This document shows, in pieces, positions 45,827-58,174 of a DNA stretch of 64,000 nucleotides (the stretch's first letter is position 1; every line of letters starts with the position of its first letter). Under the pieces are notes generated by a model. That model made no database searches, was not told the origin of the DNA, and saw nothing but the letters and a program-made list of their open reading frames with translations. This DNA is from Macrostomum lignano. Taxonomy: Eukaryota. Position numbers and translations under genes: made by a program. The DNA lies in NCBI GenBank assembly GCA_002269645.1, contig NIVC01000020.1, forward strand, positions 310,001-374,000. Reading direction: 5' to 3'.

Positions 45827-48800
45827 CTAGGCCAGCTCCCTGGCGTTCACGGTGATGCCACCGAACGACTGTCCGAAGCGGCGACGGTGGCCTGCGAAAG
45901 TCAAAGGTGGGACAAGTTGGCGCTGTTTTGCCGTGCTCAGAAGCTTTTCGCATGCAGAATCCCAGTGCAGTATCCCAGTACAGAATCCCAGTACAGATTC
46001 TCAGTACCGATTCTCAGTACAGAATTCCAGTACAGAATCCCAGTACAGAATCCCAGTACAGAATCCCAGTACAGATTCCCAGTACCGATTCTCAGTACAG
46101 AATTCCAGTACAGAATTCCAGTACAGAATTCCAGTACAGAATTCCAGTACAGAATTCCAGTACAGAATCCCAGTACAGAATCCCAGTACAGAATCCCAGT
46201 ACAGATTCCCAGTACCGATTCTCAGTACAGAATCCCAGTACAGAATCCCAGTACAGATTCCCAGTACCGATTCTCAGTACAGAATTCCAGTACAGAATTC
46301 CAGTACAGAATTCCATTACAGAATCCCAGAGCAGAATCCCAGTACAGTATCCCAGAGCAGATCCCTGGACGTAGCAATCGTGTACAAGACAATAATAAAA
46401 AATAGAAAAGGACTATATACAAAGTACGAGCTCCATCATCTCTGTTTTGAGATCCCAAACTGCTTGAGCAAGTGTAGGTAGATCAGCAAGCAGATTTCCA
46501 GGTCTACAGAATTACTTGAAAAAATTTGATTATCAGAGACAAATATGCTTAGTGCACATACTAAAATGTAAGTGTAGTCAGCGCTGTAAAAGTACCGTTA
46601 AGGAGACCAATTCTTGTAGTTCAGAGATTTTAGGGAATTAGTAGCCAACCAACTTCTAATAAATTGTGGCCTATTTTGAGCGCCTTCTGCAGAAATGAGT
46701 CCGCCTGCTCACCTGGGATGTGTCCGTAATAGTTCGGCAGGAGCCCCTCGCACTTGCGGTAGATGACCCCCTCGCCACGCCTTCCCCGCAGGCACCCCCG
46801 CCCTGCCTGGCCCGCCGCCTTTTCCTCGCCGACAGCGTCCGAGGCCTCAAGCCCGGCCAGCGCAGCCGCGTGCAGCCGCCTGGCCCGGTCGAAGTCCTCC
46901 AGAGCGTCGTGTGTGAGCACCGGGTAGGTGCCACCCAGGCGTTGCCGCAGGCGGGGCACGAAGCCGGAGTAGCCGGACATGAAGTAGCGCTGCTCGCTGT
47001 CCCGGTCCATCAGGTAGGGAGAGTATCCGGGGTAATAGTAGCGCCCGGACGGCGGCTCGTCCAGAAACTTCGGGTGCACCGAGATGGCCGTTTTGGCCTG
47101 CCAAGCGAAATTGAATACCTGAGACTAAACTGTTCTGCATGCATGTATTTAAACTAGGTTTTGCTAATCAGATTGCCACACTTCGTCAAAAGTGGACCTA
47201 CCTCTTTTCTAGCTGGGAACACTGTGGTCTGAAATGAATAGAAGAGCTGAGGCTGAATGTCTGCTCAAATCACTAAAATGAACAGAGCAGCTGAGGCTAA
47301 ATGTCTGCTCAAGTCACTGAAATGAACAGAGCAGCTGAGGCTGAATGTCTGCTCAAATCACTAAAATGAACAGAGCAGTTGAGGCTGAATGTCTGCTCAA
47401 ATCACTGAAATGAACAGAGCAGCTGAGGCTAAATGTCAGCTCAAGTCACTATTGCAATTAAGATTTCCATGTCTCCAAAAAACTTGCCTCCGAGAAGCAG
47501 AGCTTCGAGTTGCCGCCCACTGTCTGCTGGGCGCGCAGGCGGATCAGCTCGTTGTTGAGGCCGGCCGCCTGCTGAGGGCTCGCTTCAGAGGCTGCCAGAG
47601 ATTGGTTCAAAAAAGGGCTTGACGGCTGAGTAGAACAGACTCAGAGATAGACTATTACCACTCCAAGCCACCTGGCATAATTTAGTAACTGCGGCATTGA
47701 GCACTGCAGCGATGAGAGAACAATTAAGGGATTAAGGCGAGTCTCAAGCTTGACGGGGTCGTCATTAATTCTGTCCGCTCGCCCCGCTGCACAGAAGCTT
47801 GTTAGCAGTTTGGCAAAATGGTATAATGATAAAATTTTCTATTGTTTGAAGCTGTCTGTGAGTAGGGGTTAGATGAAGGGCATTTATAGCTGCAGAGTGC
47901 GAGTACTCGGTCCCTAGGGAGCCACGAAAGCGTAATATAATAGTAAGTAAAACACACGCTTCTATTTTGAGTAGCTTACATGCGCCTTTGTTGCATATGC
48001 TTTTTTACCTCCCAAATCTCAGTGGTGTTTTATCCAGAGAGTGAAAGTTTTGTCCGAAATTTTTCTTGGAAATGATCACGGTCATGGGTCACGGTTTGAT
48101 GACCTTCACATGTACTGTTAAGCCTTAGAAATGAGACAATAAGATTTAATTGGTGAAAATCTAGGGTAAAAACTAGCAACAATAATAAAAACCATTTGAT
48201 GAACTTGTGCAAGTATCAACCTTCAGTGGCTAACCATGGACAACTGAAAAACCATTTGATGAACTTGTGCAAGTATCAACCTTCAGTGGCTAACCATGGA
48301 CAACTGAAAAACCATTTGATGAACTTGTGCAAGTATCAACCTTCAGTGGCTAGCCATGGACAACTGAAAAACCATTTGATGAACTTGTGCAAGTATCAAC
48401 CTTCAGTGGCTAGCCATGGACAACTGAAAAACCATTTGATGAACTTGTGCAAGTATCAACCTTCAGTGGCTAGCCATGGACAACTGAAAAACCATTTGAT
48501 GAACTTGTGCAAGTATCAACCTTCAGTGGCTAGCCATGGACAACTGAAAAGTTCCTTAATGTAAGTTCATCCTGTAGCCAACAGATTGTCACACGTTGAA
48601 AACCAGCTTTCGCGTACTTGAATTTCTTGAAGAAATCCCAGTTGATGCTAACAGGCACGCTGGAGTATGGTTCGAAATCTACATTAATTGATTGATTAAA
48701 GTGCACTGCTATGCCCGCAGACTACTCAGCCAGTGAATGCTTGGCAAACAGATACGAGTAGCTGATGGCTCACGCTTGATCGGCGGCAGTCGCACCGGCT

Positions 48801-48888
48801 CCTGCGGTGACTTCTTCATGCGGGTCGACACGTTGAACCGCCTGGCCGCCGTCGAGTCGCCGTGAAATGTGTGCGCTCGACTCAACAT
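45827..48888 (-). CDS. FAM166B: FAM166/CIMIP2-like ciliary microtubule inner protein, 5 exons (48888-48774, 47591-47488, 47228-47202, 47097-46713, 45891-45827), about 231 aa
   Basis: In frame (696 nt). MDRDSEQRYFMSGYSGFVP...YPVLTHDALEDF and GLLPNYYGHIPGHRRRFGQSFG match recalled FAM166B repeats (FFMSGFTGYVP...FPVLTNQAL; GLLPNYGGYVPGYKFQFGHTFG). N-terminal RLPPI. Intron 2 has a GC donor. The paralog assignment (B versus A/C) is uncertain. Confidence 0.8.
45955..46365. repeat. 13-bp minisatellite in the FAM166-like last intron, unit B
   Basis: CCCAGTACAGAAT variants; a different variant order from 33500-33985. Confidence 0.9.
47232..47450. repeat. 44-bp minisatellite, about 5 copies, in FAM166-like intron 2
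   Basis: Same unit as 34830-35500. Confidence 0.9.
48187..48549. repeat. 60-bp minisatellite, 6 copies, in FAM166-like intron 1
   Basis: Unit AACCATTTGATGAACTTGTGCAAGTATCAACCTTCAGTGGCTA(A/G)CCATGGACAACTGAAA. Confidence 0.95.
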
Positions 48889-51800
48889 GTTGGAACTCGC
48901 TTAGTAGAACAGCTGCGGAATAGCGGAGCAGTGGTTCACCGAAAACTGACGTCAATTGCTTGTCTTTTATTTTACACTGTATTATTGCAGCCAGTGCACG
49001 GCGAGACTGCGCCTGGATTGGGTGTTGCGCAGTAATACACGCGGCGACACACTTATCGTCTTAACTCAGAGACGCACTAAAAAACGAGACGACTGGACGC
49101 TCAGGCTTAAGGCTTAGGCCCGGTGCACCGTTAACCTGAGCAGGGGCAATAAACAGCAAAGCAACATTCGTGGGTAGGAGACGCAATCCAGCCAGTCTAA
49201 GAGAGCTTGAGCAGGTTGTCAGGCTGGCCTCGAATTTGAGTAGCTGCCACTGTAGACTCCTGACAAGATAAATTGCTTCTCAAGCCCTCCGTCTGGCTTC
49301 GGCTGTAGAAGAGGGGTGGCTATTATATTTTTTATGCTAAGTTGTCTGCGATTTGTCTTCTGGAGCTTATAAAGCCTGAGACAGATTCCTTTTAGAAGAA
49401 GAGTTGTTTATAAAGAAGAGTTACTGCCAAATTTAATAATTGTCTTTATTTTGTCACCGGTGTTGGTTGCTGCTGCGGGCATCACTGGAAGCTTCGTGTG
49501 TCTGTTACATGTATATTACATGCCTGACTTCTAAGGTACATTAAACATCACAGCTGTGTCTTCTCCACAAGGTCTGCCATGCATTTTTTTTTCTGCTTCC
49601 AAAGCCTCTATAACGTTATGCACAATAGTGCGGTAAATTGTCAAACTATGAAAACTGTGACACGACTGGCATTATTAAATCTATCAGCTTATCAACTCAA
49701 AGAAGACGGCGAAATGAAATGGCAAAGACTGTAAAAATGACACAACTATACACAATGTGCACTACAAACTTCTGACTTTTGAATCAGACTATGGGCGAGA
49801 TAAGATTTATGCGTCTGAGAGGTTTTATCAGCCTGTTCCAAGCAATAACACCTGTCTGTTACCTGTCTGTTACCTGTCTGTCTGTTACCTGTTTATAATT
49901 ACATGGAATTTAATAGAAGTGACCCCTAACCAACTTTTAGATTTTGACCTGAGCACATACATAGCTACATATTAAAGTACGCGACTATTCTTAGTGTTGG
50001 TGATGTTATCCAGATGGATAAAAAATTATTGTATTGCTACACTAACTGCATATCACAGGCACAGCCATGCAATGCTGAAAACTCTTGCTATGTGAAGGAC
50101 CACTATGGGGCTATGAGTTTTTTAATTATTTTGATTCAGAAAGCACCTTGAAGAAAGTCCTCATAATTATCTGATCGGCTCGGCTTCGACTCGACAATTA
50201 AGATCGAGCGAACCTTGGGCTTTTGCCCGGATCGCGTGCGCTGCAGGACAGAAGCTCAGTTTGCTCTCGCTTGTACAAGGTGTCAATTGGTCAGCTCGCT
50301 GCCAGGGATGCAATGCGCGTTTAACGTAGCGTCCCTGAGAGCTAGCTCGATCGTACATCTAGTAGGTCCCTGCGTTTGTACTGCAGCAGGGCGTGGTCTC
50401 CACACACTAGATTTGTTTTCACGGATTTGTATACAGCACTACAGGTTTCTCAGATAATCTTTTCAGATCCACCAGAACACTGGAATCTGGATGTACGTGT
50501 ACATTCATACAGAAGTACATGTACTCTTAACAAAAGTTCACGCATACATGTATATGACTCACTTAAAGCATCGTATGCAGACCCTGATCTTTCTTCAGTG
50601 CAGCTGACAGCACCAGGGTCTAAAGCACAGTAGGATCCACAGTATTCCGTCATGTGATTTACCATCCGTCTAAAATTCTGAATGAATTCAAGCACCGGCT
50701 GTTAATTGCGATATTTCCAGGTGCAGTTCTCTAAGAATACACGTATGTAAAGCTACCAGACCAACTGCATGAATCTTGATGTCAACCGAGCCAAAGAAAA
50801 AATCTATATGAATCGAATCAATTCAAGGAATTCTGTTACACATACTCGTCTGGCCGATGCAAAATCTAACTAGCTTTTGTTCATCGCATTCATTCCGCTT
50901 ACATTTCCTAGAAAGTAGTAGTCTTAACAGGAAACTAGCCTATTCGTACCGTCGTACGTCGTACGTCTGTTATGTTAGTGTAAGTTATTAAGTACTGACG
51001 TACTGTAATGTCTCTAGGGTATGGTACTGGCTTTAGTATTTTACACCACTTCTTAGTTATACAAAATATCAAGCATAGAATGTAAGGCCTATTGCCCTGT
51101 TATTTGCTTTTAAAGCCAAGCCAAGACATATAGAAATTAGTTCCTAGGACCTAGCCCTGGCCTAGCCCTAGTCATTTTGTAATTCATCACCCCACCTTTT
51201 ATAGGTCACTTCGTCATCTTAATTAATTTAGCATTCACCAACTGAAGAATTTCAAAATTTTCTAGTTTATTTATGCTATATTTATTGCTATATCATGTCC
51301 TTTTTTATAAAACATTATTGGCATTAGCCTATCTACCATGGGTGCTGGTGCTGGTAAACTTGTCAACTTTTTATTTGTCAACTAGTAAATTCATCAAATT
51401 TACTCCACTTCTGCCATATGTAGAGTCAAACTAATAAAATTATTGATGTTCAATTATATCAAAACACTGGCAAAGTCAAGCTACAATAATGTAAAGGATG
51501 AAACTTCAGCAACAATGTTTATAATATATATATATATACGTAAATGATATAAAAAAGTATATTTATTTATATTAAATGCATATATGTTTCTCACTCTACT
51601 GAATTTTATATATATATATATAAATCAATTTTTATTGTATTTTTATTGATATTTTTTATTAATATACCTCTTTTTTAATTGTATTTCATTAGGCTACCAC
51701 AAATTGCCTCTATGCTTCATTATACTGAGTTGACGAGTTTACCCGGAATTTATGCACCCAATTAGTAAACTTGTCAACTCAGTTGACAAATAGAAATTTG

Positions 51801-53399
51801 ATTGATGAATTTACCTGGATCCTACCATTTCATAGATTTTTATTACAAAGTGAGAATCCAGATAATAGCCTAGAAAATATTTATTCTAAGAAATATTTGT
51901 TTATATTATACTTTAATAAAGTCTTTACAAGACTATCTTTTTTACTTATAGTCATAATTTTCTTATATGATAAAAGAATATAAAAACTTTACTAGGCTTA
52001 GCAAGCTAGAAATTCACTTTTCTTAGAAAGGTATATAGAAATTGGTTAAGGCCATGTAATATATTATAATGCATTTATTCTTTATCTAAAGCAAAAATTA
52101 TTTGAAATTTAGTTATGACCATATCATACACAGTCTATTTAGGCCTAGGGGCCTACTAAAGTTAAATTTACTAAAAAATATATTCTTAGCTTTTTAGGCC
52201 TTGCTTTAGCCAAGGCCTATATTTGTATGTCTTATTTTGAGAAAATAAAGTTGGATAGAATCCTAAGGTATACATGCCCAACACCTGTCCAACCCATCCA
52301 AACCAAACAGGTAAAATGGCTGTTGGCCAAGGTAAGTCACAAAATTGAAAATGAAAAAAATGAAAAATTGGGGGAAAAAGAAAAGGAGGAAGAGAAAAAG
52401 AAAAGAAAGGAAGGAGAAAAGAGAAAGGAAAAGAAAAGAAATAAAAAGAAAGAAAATAAAAGAGAAAAAGGCAAGAAAGTCATGCAAAATGAAAATTAAG
52501 TTACAATTAAAGGAACTAAGTTGCAATCAGGAGAAAGTAAGTTGCAAACCATATTGCAGAAGGTTTTCTGTGTATGCCGGACACATTTTTATTGAATTTT
52601 CAATTGTACGCCAACAGATTTTAAATGTACGCCAACTTAAAAAATGGTAAAAAATCAACAAATATTTAAATTTAAATTTAAACTGCAAAAAAATTGATAA
52701 CAACATGACGATTGTCGTGACAATTCCGGTAATTAAAATGATTGGTAAAGGAGAAAATAGTAGCAGAAAAAATAGTTTTTGAAATAACTTAATACAGAAA
52801 AAGCACAAAAAAATTCTTTATATTAATTTCTATGCCAGTCGCCATATACCACACTATACGCCACACTGTACACAGCCAAGAAATGTATGCTGGTGTACAC
52901 CAGAATTTTCCGGCGTACACCCCACCATCCGCAAAATGGGTTGCAAATCTGGACAAAACTAAGTCGCACTAGATGGGTGAAATTTTGAGGTTAGGCATAT
53001 ATGTCCTAAGGAAATCAATTGGCATGTTTGCAGAAACTAAAAGCCTATTTTTACCATTTAGGGAATAACAAAAAACTGAAAGTTAGGTTAGGCATCATTA
53101 GGCTTATTCAAATACTATGGTTGTCTGAAAAGTCATGAGAATGTGTCAATCAAGCAAGAAAGCAGCAAGCTATTGATGTGGCACATAAAATTTCAATAAT
53201 AAACTCATATATGTCTATGGTGAGAATTATTGTTATTTTAGTAGCAAAATTGGGGACAGAGGCAAGCTTAGTATAAAGTGCTCAATAGCAAATGCAAGGC
53301 AGTGATCAAGCTTGAAAATTTTGACAGTTGAGTTTTTCAAAATGGAAGACTTCCAGGCCTATGCCTATGTTAGATACTATCCTATAATCTCTACTATCA

Positions 53400-54380
53400 G
53401 CTATCATGATGAGCTACTCAAAGTTTATAAAGATGCTGCACCAGCCTAGTCAATGGTCTATAGATGGTATTTTAAAGTTCTATGACAAAGCATTTCCCTT
53501 GGTCTCAGCTCCTTGGACTGGCCAGCCACGGTCAACAAGGACAGCAGAACTGATTAAAACCTACCAAGCTCTTGTTGAAAAGGATCCAAAAATAGTGTCT
53601 AAAACCTTGCTGAATTTTTGGAAGTTGGAAAAACAATAGTGCACAAAATTTTGACTGAGGATTTGAACCTTTAAAATGTTTCTACGGTCTGGGTTCCACA
53701 TACTCAATCCAAAGAGAACAAGACTGCTTGCATCAATTGTGTATAACAAATTTGCAGGCTTTTTTACAAGGGCATGGAAAACTTTTGTGATAAGTATGTG
53801 GTGAAAGATAAGATGTAGGTGTACCTGAACAATACTGGCACAAAGAAAAACAATAGGTGCTGGCTTGGCCAAGGGGACCATCAACCCCAGGTTGTCAGGC
53901 ACTCAGTCGACAATGCAAAGACAATGCTTCTGGTTGCTTTTACTCTTAACAAGCGCTTCTCTATTGAATCCACAGCCCCAAAGCAAACTGTTGATGCAAA
54001 TGGCATAGTTGAGTTCATTTAGCACATGGGAGACCTATGGCGTACTCTCAGGTCAAGGCCAATTCATCTTTTGGATGTTATTTAGCAGTGGGACAATGCG
54101 CAACCTGATGTGGCTCATTCTGTGCAGCAGTACATAGAGTCCCATGGAGTTCAGCTGGTGTTTCAGAGTCCTTACAGCCTAGACTTCAATTTGTGGGACC
54201 ATTTTTTTCAGTTGGATAAAGACTGATTTTTCTAGGCCAGTGTTCAGTGACCACAATGAAGTTTGAGAAGCTGCATTACAATGGGTAAGAGGCCTTGATG
54301 AAGATTGCTTGAAAAGAACATTCACAACTTTCTGGACAGCCAGATAAGAAAAGGACAGATTATTAGAAAACCTAATGTGC
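53400..54380 (+). mobile_element. Degenerate mariner (DD34D) transposase remnant
   Basis: IVHKILTEDLNL*NVSTVWVPH, WLGQGDHQPQVVR...KTMLLVAF...TVDAN, QWDNAQPDVAH...QSPYSLDFNLWD (34-residue spacing); stops and frameshifts. Confidence 0.85.
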
Positions 54381-54960
54381 AACATAAGCCAAATAAGAAA
54401 AAAAGGATGAGAAAAAAGTAAAAAAATACAATCTTAAGCAAATAGACTTTGCCAACTTTTGCTTTTGCTAGGCCTAGTAGACAACTTTAAGCTTAGGGTT
54501 AACATTTTTGGGCCTAAAACATTAAAGTAATTCTGTTTTATGCTTGTAAGCCAAGGTAGATAGACTTGTAAAATCAGGCAGTTACATATGCAATCCTTTG
54601 TATTTTTAATATTCAGAAAACAGAAAAGGTTTTTTATTTCCATTTAAATTTCCTTTTGAAGCTCCAAATAATTAATTGATTTCACCATACCTAAAATACC
54701 GCATAGGGAGATATGCTACTAATAGATACTACTAACAATAGCATAGCTTCAGTTTAGTTGTAGTGTCTGTGGATGTTTGCCTTTTTAAATAGGCAGTCTA
54801 TATATGCTCGTACTAGCTAGCAACTTGTATACTTCTATCATATTAGAAAATTAACTCCTACTACAACATAATTTGCTAAAAGTACATTCTTTGGCTCCCA
54901 GCCTCCCATGCGAGCGCAGTGCAAGTCAAGCTGTTTGAATGCATGCAGCACTCTGCCATC

Positions 54961-56386
54961 ATGCTGCTTCAACGCAGCTTGCTCCCATTGCTGCCTGTGC
55001 TGCTGCTGCTGGCTGGCCAAGTCCCGCTTGCTGCTGCCCGTGGCGGCATGCGGGTGGACATCGACGAGGAGACCTGGCCGGAGGTGCTGACTGGCGGCCG
55101 CTGGTTCATCAAATTCTACGCGCCCTGGTGCGACGCCTGCCGCAGCCTGGCGCCCACCTGGCAGAACCTGGCGGCCAGTGAGGACCTTCCGCGGGATGTC
55201 AGCATCGCCCAGGTGGACGTCACCAGGAACGAGGCCCTGGCTGGCATGTTCCTGGTCACCGGCTTGCCTTCTCTGTACGTGCTGCACGATGGCCAGTTCT
55301 GGCAGCACAGCGGCGACCGGTCACTGCCTGCGCTGCTGCGCTACATCCAGCAGGTGACTGCCGCTGTGTGGGGCTGTGAGCGCGACTGCTCGGCTGCTCA
55401 TGGGGTATGGGATCGCGGCCTGGGCTCGAGGTGTAATGGATCATTGGGTAAACTCGAAGTTGTCCAGAGATGGAATCATGATGAGGATGGACTCTAATCT
55501 GGATAAGATAAGATCATGATGAGGATGGACTCTAATCTGGATAAGATAAGATCATGATGAGGATAGACTCAAATCTGCGACGAGATGGGATCATGATGAG
55601 GATGGACTCAAATCTGGATAAGATGGAATCATGATGAGGGTGGACTCAAATCTGGATAAGATGGAATCATGATGAGGATAGACTCAAATCTGCGACGAGA
55701 TGGGATCATGATGAGGATGGACTCAAATCTGGATAAGATGGAATCATGATGAGGATAGAGTCAAATCTGCGACGAGATGGGATCATGATGAATGTGGACT
55801 CAAATCTGGGACGAGATGAGATGATTTTGAGGATGGACTCAAATTTGGATGAGGTGGGATCATGATGAGGGTGGACTCAAATCTGGGATGAGATGGGAAC
55901 ACTGACTCAGCAAACGATTCTACTATGAGTAAGCAGTTGCGGCTAATACTTACCACCCGAACTCAGGCCGAGTACGCCCGCCTGCCGCCGCTGCCGTGGT
56001 ACCGGGTGCCCACAGCGCTGCACATGCGCTGTCTCGGCCGCCTCATTCAGGCCGCCGTCCGCCTGAAGAAGCTGCACACTCACCTGGTGGAGGAGCGCGG
56101 CCTGCCCTCCCCGCTGGCCTATCTGGTGCTGGCGCTGGCTACCCTGGTCTCCGGCTTGGTGGCCGGCCTCGTCCTCGTCTGCCTGTGCGACCTGTTGAGC
56201 GCCAGGCGGCGACACCGGCAGCAGGAGGCGGCTGCAGTTCCCGGCGACGCGAAAGGCGACTCGGCGAAGGTGGACAAGCCGGATGAGGCCAGCGGCGAGG
56301 ACTCGGACGAGCTGGCCGAGAGCCCCCGTCCGGCCACTTCCGGTCAGCAAGTGCGGAAACGCGGTGTCAGGAAGGAGACGTCCTGA
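54961..56386 (+). CDS. TMX1: Thioredoxin-related transmembrane protein (TMX1/TMX4-like), 2 exons (54961-55353, 55967-56386), about 270 aa
   Basis: Signal peptide; WFIKFYAPWCDAC; IAQVDVT..EALAGMFLVTGLPSLY..HDGQF; GLPSPLAYLVLALATLVSGLVAGLVLVCLCD transmembrane segment; acidic tail with RKR. In frame (813 nt). Confidence 0.88.
55469..55900. repeat. 38-bp minisatellite in the TMX intron
   Basis: Unit GATGGAATCATGATGAGGATGGACTCAAATCTGGATAA and variants. Confidence 0.9.
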
Positions 56387-56929
56387 GCTGCTGCGGTGCC
56401 AGCGTCTGCTTGGTGACATTGAAAGTTGCTCTCAGTGACTCCAGTGCCGGCTCAGGCTGCTGATTTTGCAAGCTCCAGTCCCGGCATTTCCCCTGTTGTC
56501 AGTCAGTCAGCCTGCTTGCTGCAATTACCAGGTGCTTTAAATAAGTTCATTGCTTGTCGAGTCAGTATAGATCGCCTTGGGAGTTCCTCTTCAGCAGCGA
56601 AAAAATTTTCACGCCAAATAAACAAATTGAATAATTGCCAAACCTGCTCTGTCGGTGCGATATTGCAAATTTTGCGATTGATTGCGCAATTCTTCTATTT
56701 CATTTCTGTGATTCGCACACTGCCTGCTGCAGTGTGGGTCGTCACCCAACAGGTTGGGATGCTTGATAAAGTTTATGAAGAAATGTTTTGAGAAGGCATG
56801 TTTCTTTCAGTTCCGTCCTTCAACTGGTTTTACGTTTCGAATTGGGCACTCGAAATGGTCATTGCCGATAGGATTTTTTAGCTTTAGAAGGATTACAGTT
56901 TTGCAACCAATGTGTTCTGTGCCCGTCTG

Positions 56930-57540
56930 CCACTATCAACTGGCTTTGATCTGTGACAGTGCGGTGTGCCAGCAACGACAGAGATGTCTGCCACTTTCAA
57001 CTGGCTTTGATCTGTGACAGTGCGGTGTGCCAGCAACGACAGAGATGTCTGCCACTATCAACTGGCTTTGATCTGTGACAGTGCGGTGTGCCAGCAACGA
57101 CAGAGATGTCTGCCAATTTCAACTGGCTTTGACCTGTGACAGTGCGGTGTGCCAGCAACAACAGAGATGTCTGCCACTTTCAACTGGCTTTGATCTGTGA
57201 CAGTGCGGTGTGCCAGCAACAACAGAGATGTCTGCCAATTTCAACTGGCTTTGATCTGTGACAGTGCGGTGTGCCAGCAACAACAGAGATGTCTGCCAAT
57301 TTCAACTGGCTTTGATCTGTGACAGTGCGGTGTGCCAGCAACAACAGAGATGTCTGCCAATTTCAACTGGCTTTGATCTGTGACAGTGCGGTGTGCCAGC
57401 AACGACAGAGATGTCTGCCAATTTCAACTGGCTTTGATCTGTGACAGTGCGGTGTCCCAGCAACAACAGAGATGTCTGCCAATTTCAACTGGCTTTGATC
57501 TGTGACAGTGCGGTGTGCCAGCAACGACAGAGATGTCTGC
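56930..57540. repeat. 61-bp minisatellite, about 10 copies, with a further diverged copy at 58179-58230
   Basis: Unit CAACTGGCTTTGATCTGTGACAGTGCGGTGTGCCAGCAACGACAGAGATGTCTGCCA(C/A)TTT. Confidence 0.93.
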
Positions 57541-58174
57541 TCATCAATATAAATCAATCATATCAGAGATGCGCCCTAAAAACAAAGTCAACTCTATAAC
57601 AATAACGAGGTCCTCCAGGAAAGGGCGTCTTCTAGAAATAACGGAATCGGAGTCGTGTGCCCCTATCGGTTACTCTAGGGTATCAAAATTAATCAATCAA
57701 TAATCCTCTAAGTTTGTCGGAATCGGTCCGCAGATCCTATCCAATCCCTTAGGAATAGGGAGGCCTCAAATTCAATAGACTCAGTAAAATCAACTGATCA
57801 GTAACGGCCGGCAATAAAACCGCTCTCAATAATCAAATAACGAAGACTCAAACAAAGGCTCACTAATTAGTTTACTTCTCCCTCAGAGATATAGCCTCGC
57901 TTAGCTGCTTCGGCAAGCTCAAGATCTTTGGAGGCTGTTCTGAGTCTGAGATCTCAGCTAGGATTTTGGCTTGTATTTATTGGCAAGTTTTTCGACATAC
58001 GACATACGTATTAATAGTAACATGATTTCTCTTTTGCTGTAAATAGTAAGACGATTCATCTTTCATCATAAGTAGTAACATGATACATCTTGCTATAGCA
58101 TGCTTCATAGTTTCGCTGCGCATGTTTGCATTACTCTACTTACAGTAGCATTTTATGAATAATGATACTCTACA
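57538..58174. mobile_element. Probable solo LTR (637 bp) inserted in the 61-bp array
   Basis: Starts TG and ends CA, flanked by TGTC on both sides (57534-57537, 58175-58178). The array resumes after it. Contains AATAAA motifs. Confidence 0.5.

Larger units (their letters stand above)
23251..47457. repeat. ~12-kb tandem segmental duplication: unit A 23251-35503, unit B 35504-47457
   Basis: 35504 onward (TGCAAGACGTCTTCTGATGCC) repeats 23251 onward. The end of A (GTCACTATTACAA) matches 47445-47457 (GTCACTATTGCAA). Gene and spacer order is the same in both units. Confidence 0.92.

Noticed and set aside
49000-51000. Short ORFs in unique sequence upstream of the FAM166-like gene
   Set aside because: No motif, codon bias or splice pattern that I could support.
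51340-51830. Partial inverted similarity between 51355-51400 and 51765-51820
   Set aside because: Short, rearranged and AT-rich; element boundaries could not be defined.
52227-52808. Lys/Glu-rich ORFs
   Set aside because: A-rich low-complexity tract without splice or codon support.
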